From Clostridia bacterium (GTDB lineage Bacteria; Bacillota; Clostridia; JAAYHZ01), in the NCBI GenBank assembly GCA_050950825.1, contig JBMNIH010000003.1:384001-448000 (forward strand): a stretch of DNA of 64,000 nt. Direction: 5' to 3'. The notes under the pieces were generated by a model. That model ran no database searches. It was not told where the DNA came from and saw only the letters and a program-made list of their open reading frames with translations. Positions 37,293 to 47,260 of the stretch are shown here, piece after piece; position 1 is the first letter of the stretch, and every line of letters starts with the position of its first letter. The position numbers and the translations under genes were made by a program.

Positions 37293-38762
37293 TTATTCAT
37301 TCGCTACATTGACATGGTTCATGAGATTTTCGAACATTTCCATGAGTCCTTGTTTACCGTAGAATTCTCTGCGGTTGACAATCATACCCGTGTACTCGCC
37401 GTTCTTCATGCACCAGTAATTTTGTCCGTCCGGCATGGGGATATAATCCATGACTACGGTTCCGGTTCCGTCATTCAATTCGAAGATGTAAGTCACCTCA
37501 GGCTCGCCCTGCGGCTGTGCCGCCGTATCGATCTTCGACAGAAGCGTACCTATGACGGCTTGGTAATACAGTCTCCATACTTGGTGACCTTCCTCGTCCT
37601 TCATCACCGCTTCTCTTCCGTTGATGTAGAATACATCCTTCGAAGGATCGCTTTCGTGAGGTTGAATGATGGACACTTGGTCCGGTTGGCCTTTTACCTT
37701 CACCGTCAATTTGTCTACTTTCTTGTAGTTAACAATGTAAGTAAACAGCTGCATGATTTCGGTCAAGGGCTTGTCGATATAGGTCAACGTAGCGGAAGGA
37801 ACCTTAAACACTTCGTTGCTGTCGTCAAATCTTGCATAGAAGGTGCTGTCGGATTTGTTCTCTTTGCCTAAATAAACCTGCCTTTTTACGCCTTTAATCG
37901 TTTCGAGCTCGAATTCGTAATGAGGCTCATCCAAATGATACTTGGCCAAATCCTTGGGATTCTCTTCTACGAAGGTATGCCTGAACAAAGAGATCAGCGA
38001 TTCGATCAGTGTGTTTATGGTATCGCTGTTGGTATCCGCAGGAATCGGATAGTCCAGCAACCAAATGTCGTCCTCGCTTCTTCGAGCGGAAAACAGCTTA
38101 TCTCCGTCTCTTCCCATGGACAAGGCCACAACTTCGGTAGCCGGGAAGTCAAAAATGGCGGTGGTTCTCAGCTCATTGATAAAGGGTACGATCTTCCCCG
38201 CATTATAGGACTTCACGGTATAGACCGTAGGATCGTCGCCAACCTGAACATAACGAGCGGCAACCAAAGGCGCTTTGTCTCCCACCTTCACCGTCATCTT
38301 TTCCCCGTTTGTCAAAGTGACCGTAATGGTGCTGGGGTTATCCAAACCGTATTTCGACAAGTTCTCAGGCTCTCTTTCGATAATCTTCGTCGATTCCAAG
38401 CTTGAAAAATGGGTCGGAATACCGCGAATCAGCAGCTGGTCCAAATCGTTGTAGCCTTCCGGCTGAACCAAATTCCATATATAGGTTTCATACTCGGTGC
38501 CGTCGCTGTTGTAGCCCTTGGTAGGAACGTATTCCAGCTCGATAACCTGCTCTTTGTTATTGATTAATATATGCTGTATGCTGTACTGATCAACATCGAT
38601 AAGCCTTACGACTTCCGGATTGGTCTCATCCCCGTTTTGTTCTTGGCCGGCTTGGATCAAGGGCAAAAGCCATACATAGGACGCCGCAAGAACCAGCACC
38701 AATCCCACGAGTATAATCGTACCGCGATATTTTTTGAGGAAATTTTTCTTTTTTGCACTCAT
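37293..38762 (-). CDS. DUF4340 domain membrane-anchored protein
   Basis: N-terminal TM and repeated LSKYGLDNP / LAKYHLDEP motifs; last gene of a GldAFG-type operon. Confidence 0.8.
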   Translation of the reverse strand: MSAKKKNFLKKYRGTIILVGLVLVLAASYVWLLPLIQAGQEQNGDETNPEVVRLIDVDQYSIQHILINNKEQVIELEYVPTKGYNSDGTEYETYIWNLVQPEGYNDLDQLLIRGIPTHFSSLESTKIIEREPENLSKYGLDNPSTITVTLTNGEKMTVKVGDKAPLVAARYVQVGDDPTVYTVKSYNAGKIVPFINELRTTAIFDFPATEVVALSMGRDGDKLFSARRSEDDIWLLDYPIPADTNSDTINTLIESLISLFRHTFVEENPKDLAKYHLDEPHYEFELETIKGVKRQVYLGKENKSDSTFYARFDDSNEVFKVPSATLTYIDKPLTEIMQLFTYIVNYKKVDKLTVKVKGQPDQVSIIQPHESDPSKDVFYINGREAVMKDEEGHQVWRLYYQAVIGTLLSKIDTAAQPQGEPEVTYIFELNDGTGTVVMDYIPMPDGQNYWCMKNGEYTGMIVNRREFYGKQGLMEMFENLMNHVNVANE

Positions 38763-40222
38763 AAATGACGCCTCCTAAGGAATACGATAAATCCGGCCCC
38801 TAAGATTATCAGGGGTAAACCGACGATTGATACAATTCCGATGGTTTTCGCCTGTTGCTGTGTCAACGTCAGCTTCGCAATTTCGTATGACTTCGGAGCA
38901 ATATAAATGGTGTCGGCATCGTCTCTCATCCAGAACAGTACGTTAGCAAAGAAGTAGAATGCATTGATGGAATACTGCTGGTAAGCGTAGATATAGTTGT
39001 CCGTTATATAGTTGGCGTTACCCATTGCCACAACCTTTGCCGGTTTGTAGCCTCCTTGGAAATCCACCGCTACGGCAAGGTTCAAGGGCCCTTCGACTTC
39101 TCTTCTTCCCGAAGATATGGGTTCACCGATTGCGCTATTGCTGGTTGTCAGCAAGGGTATGGTGGTTACATAATCCTTTACGTTCTTCAAAATTTCAATG
39201 CTTCTGGATTTCGGCATAATCATGGTGAAGGATTTGGGATTCAAGGGCGAGTTGATGGTATTGTCCGCAACAATCGGTACGATGGTATACTGGCTGCTCG
39301 GCAAATACCTGCCGGTGTCAAACTCCCTTACTTGGTTGTACTGAACCGCCAAGTTAAAGATCGCAAGCAATTCATTTAGTTCGGTGAATTCCGGGTCGTC
39401 GCTTAACGCATCTACCATGACCATGAAGTTACCGCCGTTGACAATGTATTCTTCAATCAAAACGCGTTCGTCGTCGGTGATATCCTTCTTGGGAGATGCC
39501 ATAATCAAGATTTCCGTTTCTTCCGGAATCTGAGGGTCGGTCAACAAGTTCAATGTTCCCACCAGATAGTTATTGTTTTCTAATGTTTCTTTTAAAACGG
39601 TCAGGTCGCTGTTGATATCGTATTCACCGTGTCCCGTTGTAAAGTAGATGTATGGCGTTTTTTCCGCCGTTACAAAGCGAATGGCGCCGGTGAACTTTTC
39701 TTCCGCTTGGGATCCGGTTATCACCGTTTGGAAGGTTTGGTAGTTGAACTCCGATTTATACAGAGAATTGTATTCAATTTTCTTCGTCTTGCCGCCGCTT
39801 TTAACCACGAAGTCGTTTGCCCTTAATTCCATCAAGTTGTTCGGGTCCAATGTCTTAGTCAACGAGGGATCTCTTTCCGGGTCCACATAGATTAAGGATA
39901 TGTGGTCGTATTTTGCATAGCGCTCCAACATCTCCAATATGGATTTGTCTCTGTCGTTTTGTCTGAACTTCGTTTCATCAAACAACCCGTAAATCTCAAC
40001 GTCGGTTTGCAGGTTCTGCAATACTTCAACGGTTCTTTTGTGCAAAGAATATAGCTTATTCGGTGTCAAGTCCGCTTTTAATCCGAAGCTGTCTACCAAC
40101 ACATTCAGTAAAACGGCTACGGTAATAACCGCTACGATTAATATGGTGGCATTGGTACCGTATTTAAAATTGGTTTTTTTGATCCACAATGAAAATTTGT
40201 TTTTATTACTCATATTACTCAT
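38759..40222 (-). CDS. GldG-family ABC transporter auxiliary component
   Basis: DLTPNKLYSL, YFTTGHGE, N- and C-terminal TM ending FLRRR. Confidence 0.85.
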   Translation of the reverse strand: MSNMSNKNKFSLWIKKTNFKYGTNATILIVAVITVAVLLNVLVDSFGLKADLTPNKLYSLHKRTVEVLQNLQTDVEIYGLFDETKFRQNDRDKSILEMLERYAKYDHISLIYVDPERDPSLTKTLDPNNLMELRANDFVVKSGGKTKKIEYNSLYKSEFNYQTFQTVITGSQAEEKFTGAIRFVTAEKTPYIYFTTGHGEYDINSDLTVLKETLENNNYLVGTLNLLTDPQIPEETEILIMASPKKDITDDERVLIEEYIVNGGNFMVMVDALSDDPEFTELNELLAIFNLAVQYNQVREFDTGRYLPSSQYTIVPIVADNTINSPLNPKSFTMIMPKSRSIEILKNVKDYVTTIPLLTTSNSAIGEPISSGRREVEGPLNLAVAVDFQGGYKPAKVVAMGNANYITDNYIYAYQQYSINAFYFFANVLFWMRDDADTIYIAPKSYEIAKLTLTQQQAKTIGIVSIVGLPLIILGAGFIVFLRRRHL

Positions 40223-40226
40223 ATCA

Positions 40227-40931
40227 TCACCCCTGACTCCAGCGTCTTCTCTCTATGACTCGTACGGTCAAGAAAATAAACACACCGGTAAATGACAAAT
40301 AGTATACTACCGGTCCCAATCCTAAAATGCCGTTATAGAAGTCGTTGTACCGGGTCAATAATGAAAGCCAACCCAATACCTTGCCGAGAAATCCTCCTAC
40401 AACCGGTGCAAGAGCATCCGCCAACCACATAATCAATAGGCCGACAAAACCGATAACGGCAGCTATGATTTGGTTTTCAGTCAGGGAAGAGGAAAATACC
40501 CCGAATGCGATAAAAGCGGCTCCCAGCAACAAAAAGCCGAAATAAGCGCCGACCACTTGCGGTGTAATCGGACCGCCGTAAAAGCTTAAAATGATCGGGA
40601 AAACAAAGGTTATTGCAGTCATTACAAAGAATACGGTGTAGGCTGCAAAGAATTTACCCAAGATGATTTTCGGCAAGCTCGTAGGAGACGTAAGCAGCAA
40701 CACTTCCGTTCCGTTCTTTCTGTCCTCTGCAAGAATTCGCATGGTTAAAATGGGGACGATAAACAACAATATAAATCCCATGGTGCTCAAGACCGGAGTA
40801 AAGTCTCCGTACAACGCCATTACATACGGATAAAAGAATATGGCGGTCAGCAATACAAAGAACCCGATCAGCACATACGCAATGGGAGAGTGAAAGTATG
40901 AGTTTAATTCTTTTCGATACACAGCCCACAT
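40227..40931 (-). CDS. ABC-2 permease (GldF-like)
   Basis: KELNSYFHSPIAY, PILTMR..AED...GT..LLLTSP, SSLTENQIIAA. Confidence 0.88.
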   Translation of the reverse strand: MWAVYRKELNSYFHSPIAYVLIGFFVLLTAIFFYPYVMALYGDFTPVLSTMGFILLFIVPILTMRILAEDRKNGTEVLLLTSPTSLPKIILGKFFAAYTVFFVMTAITFVFPIILSFYGGPITPQVVGAYFGFLLLGAAFIAFGVFSSSLTENQIIAAVIGFVGLLIMWLADALAPVVGGFLGKVLGWLSLLTRYNDFYNGILGLGPVVYYLSFTGVFIFLTVRVIERRRWSQG

Positions 40932-40932
40932 A

Positions 40933-41880
40933 TTAATGTACCTCCTCTTCCACCGTAATAACTTTCAAGAATATATCTTCCAAGGTCATGTCCATAGACT
41001 TTAGCTCGATTATGGGATAACCGGCTTTAGCCATCGCAAAGAACAAAGGTCTTCTTATGTCGATATCCTTGTCCGCTTCAATCACATAAGTGACGGTGTC
41101 TTTGCCGGGCTTCGACAATACGTCGCTGTACTTAACGCCGTAGATGTCGTTGATTAATTTCGACACCTGGTTTTGAGGTCCTGCAATGGTAGCCGTCAAT
41201 TTAGCGGCACGGTTCAAACCTTTCGACAGGTTTTCCGGCGTATCGATGGCGGCAATTTCACCTTTGTTGATAATGACAACCCGTTCACATATTGCCTGAA
41301 CCTCCGGCAATATATGGGAGCTTAAAATGATGGTGTGGTTTTTCCCTAACGATTTGATCAGGTTACGAATTTCAATGATTTGTCGGGGGTCCAACCCTAC
41401 CGTCGGTTCGTCCAAAATCAATACCTGCGGATTTCCGATCAAGGATTGGGCCAAACCTACTCTTTGCTTGTACCCTTTGGACAAGTTGTTGATCAGACGG
41501 TTGCGGTGGTCCGTTATTCCGCACAATTCCATAATGTCATCCAATTGGCTCTTTTGCTTGTTTTTCGGCACGTATTTGAGATCGCTTACAAATCGTAAAT
41601 ACTCCCAAACCGTCATGTCTTTGAAAACCGGAGGCTGTTCCGGCATAAAGCCGATTCTTTTTTTCACTTCTTCCGGTTCTTCCAAAATGTCAAACCCTGC
41701 AACCTTAACACTACCTTCCGTCGCCGGCAGATATCCCGTTATGATGTTCATCGTAGTCGATTTACCGGCACCGTTCGGCCCTAGAAAACCGAGGATTTCG
41801 CCCTCATGCACCGCAAAACTAATGTTTTTAACGGCTTCTATTTGGCCATATCGCTTGGTTAATTTATTTATCTCTATCAA
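40933..41880 (-). CDS. ABC-2 ATP-binding protein (GldA-like)
   Basis: GPNGAGKST, LSKGYKQRVGLAQ, DEPTVGLDP, SSHILPEV. Confidence 0.9.
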   Translation of the reverse strand: MIEINKLTKRYGQIEAVKNISFAVHEGEILGFLGPNGAGKSTTMNIITGYLPATEGSVKVAGFDILEEPEEVKKRIGFMPEQPPVFKDMTVWEYLRFVSDLKYVPKNKQKSQLDDIMELCGITDHRNRLINNLSKGYKQRVGLAQSLIGNPQVLILDEPTVGLDPRQIIEIRNLIKSLGKNHTIILSSHILPEVQAICERVVIINKGEIAAIDTPENLSKGLNRAAKLTATIAGPQNQVSKLINDIYGVKYSDVLSKPGKDTVTYVIEADKDIDIRRPLFFAMAKAGYPIIELKSMDMTLEDIFLKVITVEEEVH

Positions 41881-42034
41881 TCACGTTTCCCCCTCTCCAT
41901 GGAGTCATATTTCAATTCTTAATTTTTCATAGAATTGAGCACAGCGGGACAACTAAAGTATGTAACAAACCTTTTAATAAATTATGAATAAATTGTGAAT
42001 AATGACGTTCCGAAAATCCTCTTGTTCCCTTGTT

Positions 42035-43105
42035 TTAACCGAATCGTCCGATCTTTTTAGCCGGCTCTACAATCTCTTTGTACTCGTCCAGGCTAATTGA
42101 TGAAGGTACCGAATGGTCCGAGGAGAAAACATATCCCCCGTTTTCCATCATGACAGGAACGACTCTCTTCATTTCTTCTTTCACCTTTTCCGCATCCTCC
42201 CAAAGAAGAATGTCAATACCGCCGTGAAGCAACAGCTTGTCCCCGTATGTTTTTTTCATCCAAATCGGGTCCATGCCGGCCTTGACCTCCAAGGGATTCA
42301 AGCCATCCAAGCCGAAATCTAAAAATTCCGGTATTAAGGGCTTAATATTACCGCAAGAATGCAGCAAAGGTTTTATACCCTTTTTATGTGCCCACTCCAC
42401 CGCTTTGGCATGTACCGGCTTCAAAAGCTCTCGGTAGGTATCTACCGAGAAAAATTGGCTGTGCTTAAAGCCCATATCGTCCGGCCAGCGAATGCAATCG
42501 AATTCATATCCGGCATTCCATATTTCATCGAAATATTTCAAGTTCAGCTCCAAGAACGTGTTAAACATGTCCATACACCATTCCGGCTGCTCCACCATGG
42601 CAATCAGCAGCCGCTCGGTTCCTACAAACCAAGAATGAGTGACATCAAATCCGAACCAAAAGCCGGCCTGAATCCAGTATCCTTCTTTTCGCCAGCGAGG
42701 ATAATGTTCTTTTAAAAACCGCCAATTAATGCGGTCATCGCCCTTTTGCATTAATTCCTTCGCCTTCAGCCGGTCCTCATAGCATTTCACCTTAAAATCC
42801 AAGAAGGCCGGCGTCGAAGAAGCTTTTTTCCATTCTTTTTGGGTCGCACCCCAGCGGGTTGTGCGTATAATGTATTCTTCCGTTTCTTCCGTCACGGACT
42901 CCGGGAATCTCGGCGATATGTCCACACCGATGGTAGCGATTTTATCCAAACCGAAATAATCCTGAATGCTGACATCCTTCGGCATCCCTTCGCGGTGCCA
43001 CCTTGCTATGGTTGCCGTCCAGAAGGTATCCGTTACGGGAATACGGTCCGCCTCACGATGGCTAAACATCGCCTCCATTCGCTTTTTTGTCGTCCATTCC
43101 GCCAT
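42035..43105 (-). CDS. Uroporphyrinogen decarboxylase/MtaA-CmuA superfamily protein
   Basis: EADRIP, DDMG, LHSCGNI, LNPLE, GGID, GGYVFSSDHSV. Confidence 0.82.
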   Translation of the reverse strand: MAEWTTKKRMEAMFSHREADRIPVTDTFWTATIARWHREGMPKDVSIQDYFGLDKIATIGVDISPRFPESVTEETEEYIIRTTRWGATQKEWKKASSTPAFLDFKVKCYEDRLKAKELMQKGDDRINWRFLKEHYPRWRKEGYWIQAGFWFGFDVTHSWFVGTERLLIAMVEQPEWCMDMFNTFLELNLKYFDEIWNAGYEFDCIRWPDDMGFKHSQFFSVDTYRELLKPVHAKAVEWAHKKGIKPLLHSCGNIKPLIPEFLDFGLDGLNPLEVKAGMDPIWMKKTYGDKLLLHGGIDILLWEDAEKVKEEMKRVVPVMMENGGYVFSSDHSVPSSISLDEYKEIVEPAKKIGRFG

Positions 43106-43129
43106 AAATTTCCTACTTTCTTTATAATT

Positions 43130-43160
43130 TTGAAAACCTCCGGAGACCGGAGGTTTTCAA
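43130..43160. terminator. Perfect 14-bp hairpin between the Gfo/Idh/MocA and UroD-like genes
   Basis: TTGAAAACCTCCGG-AGA-CCGGAGGTTTTCAA. Confidence 0.6.
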
Positions 43161-43186
43161 TGATTTATCCTCTATATGATTGATAA

Positions 43187-44272
43187 CTATTTGAAGAAAA
43201 TTTGTTTTCCCGTTTTGGCCGATTCGTAAATCGCTTCCAGGATTTGAGAAACCACCAACGCCTGCTCCGGCAATACGGTAGGATCCTTATCGTATAAAAT
43301 GCTGTCGATCCATTGGCGAGCTTCGTAGTGGGACGGATCCATCACACCGTGACCTTCGTAGAAAGCGGCTCCTCCCGCTTTAAAGTCCGGCTTGGTTACA
43401 TACAAGCGGCTGTATTTTTCGCCGTTGATTCGCAAGCCTTCATCCATATCGGCTCCGGCCTTCGTACCGCATAAGGTGCAGCAAGATTCCTTTACGTCCA
43501 ATATATTGATAGCCCAAGATGCATCCAATTCAATGGTAGCGCCGTTTTTCATCTTGATGAATCCGAATGCCGAATCTTCTACGGTAAACTTCTTCGGATC
43601 CCAGGATCCCCATGCGTTCGCCGCATTTTCCGTATCCGCAAGCTTACGGTACACGCTTCCGACTACGCTTTCCACTTCATAGTTGTTCATCATCCACAAG
43701 GTCAAATCCAAGGCATGGGTACCGATGTCAATGAGGGGGCCTCCTCCTTGTTCCTCTTCGTTCAGGAAAACTCCCCATGTAGGAACGGCACGACGTCTTA
43801 CGGCGTGGGCTTTGGCAAAATAAATATCGCCTAATTCCCCTGCATCGCACAGCTTCTTCAAGTACAGGCTTTCGGCACGATAACGGCCTTGGTATCCGAT
43901 GGTGAGTTTCTTACCGGACGCCTTATACGCGTCGTACATTCTTTTTGCATCGGCGGCGGTTTTTGCCATGGGTTTTTCGCACATAACATGCTTTCCGGAG
44001 TTTAACATGTCGATGGTGATGTTCGCATGGGATTTGTTGGGTGTGCAAACATGAACCGCATCGATGGACGAATCCTTTACGATTTCCTTGTAATCCGTGC
44101 AAATGTACGCATCGGCGGTACCGTATTTTGCTTTCGCTTCTTGTGCTTTCGATTCCACGATGTCACAAAAAGCAACCATTTCCACTTCCGGAATTTTCGC
44201 CAGAGACGGCATATGCTTTCCGTTTGCGATTCCTCCGCAACCTACGATAGCGACTCTTAATTTTTTAGCCAT
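43187..44272 (-). CDS. Gfo/Idh/MocA family NAD(P)-dependent sugar oxidoreductase
   Basis: IVGCGGIA, CTPN..H, CEKPMA, GGGPLIDIGTH, VEDSA. Confidence 0.92.
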   Translation of the reverse strand: MAKKLRVAIVGCGGIANGKHMPSLAKIPEVEMVAFCDIVESKAQEAKAKYGTADAYICTDYKEIVKDSSIDAVHVCTPNKSHANITIDMLNSGKHVMCEKPMAKTAADAKRMYDAYKASGKKLTIGYQGRYRAESLYLKKLCDAGELGDIYFAKAHAVRRRAVPTWGVFLNEEEQGGGPLIDIGTHALDLTLWMMNNYEVESVVGSVYRKLADTENAANAWGSWDPKKFTVEDSAFGFIKMKNGATIELDASWAINILDVKESCCTLCGTKAGADMDEGLRINGEKYSRLYVTKPDFKAGGAAFYEGHGVMDPSHYEARQWIDSILYDKDPTVLPEQALVVSQILEAIYESAKTGKQIFFK

Positions 44273-44296
44273 ATCCTGTTCCTCCCAAAACAAAAA

Positions 44297-45022
44297 TTAA
44301 ATTTTTTCAATGGGTGTCGGTACGTGTATTCCCCCTAAAAGCTCTCTTTTCATGACGGGACGAGCCCACCGTACCGCATTACCGATAATCAAGCGAATTT
44401 CATCTTGATAATAGACGGGATAGGTTTCATGACCGGGTTGGAAGTAGAAAACCTTTCCGTAGCCTCGACGGTAACAGCAGCCGCTTCTGAAAACGTCTCC
44501 CCCTTTGAACCATCCGATAAACACCAATTCGTCCGGAACGGGGATATCGAAGCGTTCTCCGTACATTTCATCCGCCGGGATTTCCACACATTCTCCTAAC
44601 CCTTGGGCTATAGGATGCGTCGGCTCGATAACCCATAGGCGTTCATTTTCCCCTATTTCTCTCCATCTTAGCCCGCATGTGGTTCCCATCAGACGTTTGA
44701 AGGGCTTCGAGAAATGAGCGGAATGCAGGGCGATGAATCCCATCCCCTTCATAACTCTTTCATACACTCTTTCCACATACTCGTCCTTGACTTTGTTATG
44801 AGCCGCATGCCCCCACCAGATCAACACGTCCGTGTCATCCAACAGTTCATTGCTCAAGCCCTGTTCTTCATCATCCAACGTGGCCGTTCTTACTATCATA
44901 TCCTCTTGCGTCTTCAAATATTCCGCAATGGCATTATGTATGCCGTCAGGATATACCTCTTTCACTCTTTCGTTGTGCTTTTCATGTACAAATTCGTTCC
45001 ACACCGTGACCTTAATGCTCAT
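44297..45022 (-). CDS. thuA: Trehalose utilisation protein ThuA
   Basis: [55 protein letters not shown]. Confidence 0.92.
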   Translation of the reverse strand: MSIKVTVWNEFVHEKHNERVKEVYPDGIHNAIAEYLKTQEDMIVRTATLDDEEQGLSNELLDDTDVLIWWGHAAHNKVKDEYVERVYERVMKGMGFIALHSAHFSKPFKRLMGTTCGLRWREIGENERLWVIEPTHPIAQGLGECVEIPADEMYGERFDIPVPDELVFIGWFKGGDVFRSGCCYRRGYGKVFYFQPGHETYPVYYQDEIRLIIGNAVRWARPVMKRELLGGIHVPTPIEKI

Positions 45023-45102
45023 AACTTCTCCGGATTAAGCATATAGCAAAACCCGTGATTTTCACCTCTTTTCGTGAATAGTGAAGTGCGTTGGTTACAT
45101 TC

Positions 45103-45131
45103 ATTATAGTTTATCCAAAATTCAAAATCAA
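45103..45131 (-). promoter_or_regulatory. SigA promoter for the thuA operon
   Basis: TTGATT-17 nt-TATAAT. Confidence 0.6.
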
Positions 45132-45168
45132 GGGAATCTCCGTAAGCCATGATAAATGGAATACGAGT

Positions 45169-45195
45169 AAAAAAGCCGGCGAACCGGCTTTTTTT
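45169..45195 (-). terminator. Intrinsic terminator after the second SBP gene
   Basis: AAAAAAGCCGG-CGAA-CCGGCTTTTTT. Confidence 0.85.
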
Positions 45196-45203
45196 ATTCT
45201 TCT

Positions 45204-47066
45204 TTATTCTCTTAAAATGAACTTCTGTCCGGGGTCATAATCCTTAAATTCAGGATTATTAAATATTTTTTCTATGATCTCTTCCAATCCTGCACTGTAT
45301 AATTGCTCGATATATTGCTGCCATTCCGTATTAAAATTATCGATCATTCCTTCCAAGGCGCGGTTGATGAAATCATTTACAACGGTATTGATCTCGGGAT
45401 ATTTTGTGACCAAATCCGTATACTCTTTATACAGCTCGATTCCCATATACACATCACTTATATATTTTGCAGGACTTATAACGTGTTTGTTTAGCAAATC
45501 GTTTACGTACATCCAAGATCGATAATGCCAGTCGTTGTATATTGTAGCATCACGTATAAATTGATTGATGGGAGATTGGGATATAATGAAAGTAAATACA
45601 CTGGTGTTTCCTCTGTATTCCGGAGGAAGCTCCGCTGCAGGAGTTACGATCATATTGCTCAGATAAGGATCTCCCGCCCATTTAAAATGAATGCCTTCCA
45701 GTCCGCTTGTGTATCTTATATAGTTTTCATAACTGCTGAAAAGCGTATACTGCAATATTTGGCATATCCTTTGAAGCTTCGCGTCGGAAACTTGTTCTCC
45801 GATCATATAGACTCTCCAGCTACCTGTACCAAAGGGGTCGATATTGTACGTCTTATTCACCGCATAGCCTTCGGGGCCTCGGAACATGATACCTACTACA
45901 AAACGTGCATTGGGATCTCCGTTGATCAAATAATTCATCGGCGGGTATTGGTGGTTGGTTTCATTATTCATTTGGGTTACCACTACACCGCAGGTAGACA
46001 TGATACCGTATTTACCCGTACCCGACATGGAGGAGTAGGAGGTGGTCCAAGTGCCCGTTCTAGGAAGGGATACCATATAGCCTTTAGTCAATGACTCGGA
46101 AATCCATTTATAGTAATCACGATAGGGAGTGTATGCATATTTCGGTACGATATCTCCGCTTATGGGATCTTTATATAAATAACTGTTTTCGTTAACAAAT
46201 CCGAAAAGGCCATACTGGGTTTGGTTCACCCAAGACTCGTTCACATTTGGAGGCATATACAGCATACCGTAGGTATCATCGATTCCGTTGCCGTCAGGAT
46301 CGTCCTCGGTAAATTTTCTCATAATATCGTTCATTTCTTCAAAAGAAAAATTTCCTTCACCGAAAAAGATGTTGTCGTTATACTGAGCATAGCTTTCGGA
46401 GGCTTGGGTCGCCGGTTGTAAATTGTCTATACCGTAGCCGACGGCCTCCAACCAATCGAGATTGATGCAGGTGGCATCGTAAAAATACTGACATCCTCTC
46501 ATGTCTACTTGGGTGAATCCCAAATATTCGTCCGTTTTCCCCGGAACCAGGTTATATGAAAAACCGATGGGGAACTTCTCTAATAGTTCATAATACCCGG
46601 GTATGTAGTTTTTAAAGAAACTCAGCGGTATAGAACGTATTAATTTCTCATTATACATGTCGGCCGGCTGTCTCGGAGCTCCCGGCATAAAAAAATAATC
46701 GGGGATATCGCCGGCTGCAACTAATGCCGCCATCTGTTCCCCTTGTCTTGAATCCATTGCCCATACTTGCAGGTCCACATTAAACAATTCTTCCAACTCC
46801 AGTTCATCCCATCGACCTTCTTGGTAATCTGCATTCAGCTGGGTAAGCCAAGTAATCTCCATGAATTCCTCGAAGGGATTTTCTTCCTTTACCGTTGTTG
46901 TTTCTTGCTTTGAAGTACTTGTTGTGGTAGTGACGGCATTTGTAGTTGTCACCGGGGCGGTGTTACCGGTTGTCGTAACTTCCGTATCTTCTTCCGAAAC
47001 ACTTTTGCATGAAGCAAAAGACATCATCAATAGGATGACAAGAATTAACGAGACCGTCTTTTTCAT
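45204..47066 (-). CDS. ABC transporter carbohydrate-binding lipoprotein, paralog of 939..2771
   Basis: Lipobox SFASC, Thr-rich linker, EGRWDELELEE, AAGDIPD, FTEDDPDGNG, NTEWQQYIEQLYSAGLEE. Confidence 0.85.
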   Translation of the reverse strand: MKKTVSLILVILLMMSFASCKSVSEEDTEVTTTGNTAPVTTTNAVTTTTSTSKQETTTVKEENPFEEFMEITWLTQLNADYQEGRWDELELEELFNVDLQVWAMDSRQGEQMAALVAAGDIPDYFFMPGAPRQPADMYNEKLIRSIPLSFFKNYIPGYYELLEKFPIGFSYNLVPGKTDEYLGFTQVDMRGCQYFYDATCINLDWLEAVGYGIDNLQPATQASESYAQYNDNIFFGEGNFSFEEMNDIMRKFTEDDPDGNGIDDTYGMLYMPPNVNESWVNQTQYGLFGFVNENSYLYKDPISGDIVPKYAYTPYRDYYKWISESLTKGYMVSLPRTGTWTTSYSSMSGTGKYGIMSTCGVVVTQMNNETNHQYPPMNYLINGDPNARFVVGIMFRGPEGYAVNKTYNIDPFGTGSWRVYMIGEQVSDAKLQRICQILQYTLFSSYENYIRYTSGLEGIHFKWAGDPYLSNMIVTPAAELPPEYRGNTSVFTFIISQSPINQFIRDATIYNDWHYRSWMYVNDLLNKHVISPAKYISDVYMGIELYKEYTDLVTKYPEINTVVNDFINRALEGMIDNFNTEWQQYIEQLYSAGLEEIIEKIFNNPEFKDYDPGQKFILRE

Positions 47067-47110
47067 AAATTACACCTCTCTATGAAATATATGTTATATT
47101 TATACTATAT

Positions 47111-47139
47111 ATTGTAATAATTTTCCTGCTATAAGTCAA
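47111..47139 (-). promoter_or_regulatory. SigA promoter for the second SBP gene
   Basis: TTGACT-17 nt-TACAAT. Confidence 0.6.
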
Positions 47140-47260
47140 TGTTTCCGGCGAACTATTTCTTAAATATTGGGTTGCTGAATCTTACGCAGCGGTACTCCTT
47201 GCATCCCCTTCTTTTAAATGATATATTCTATACGAAAAAACTTAAGAGGAGTTATATACC

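Noticed and set aside
37293-41880. Gliding motility function for the GldAFG-like operon
   Set aside because: This ABC module is widespread in non-gliding clostridia; the name reflects homology only.
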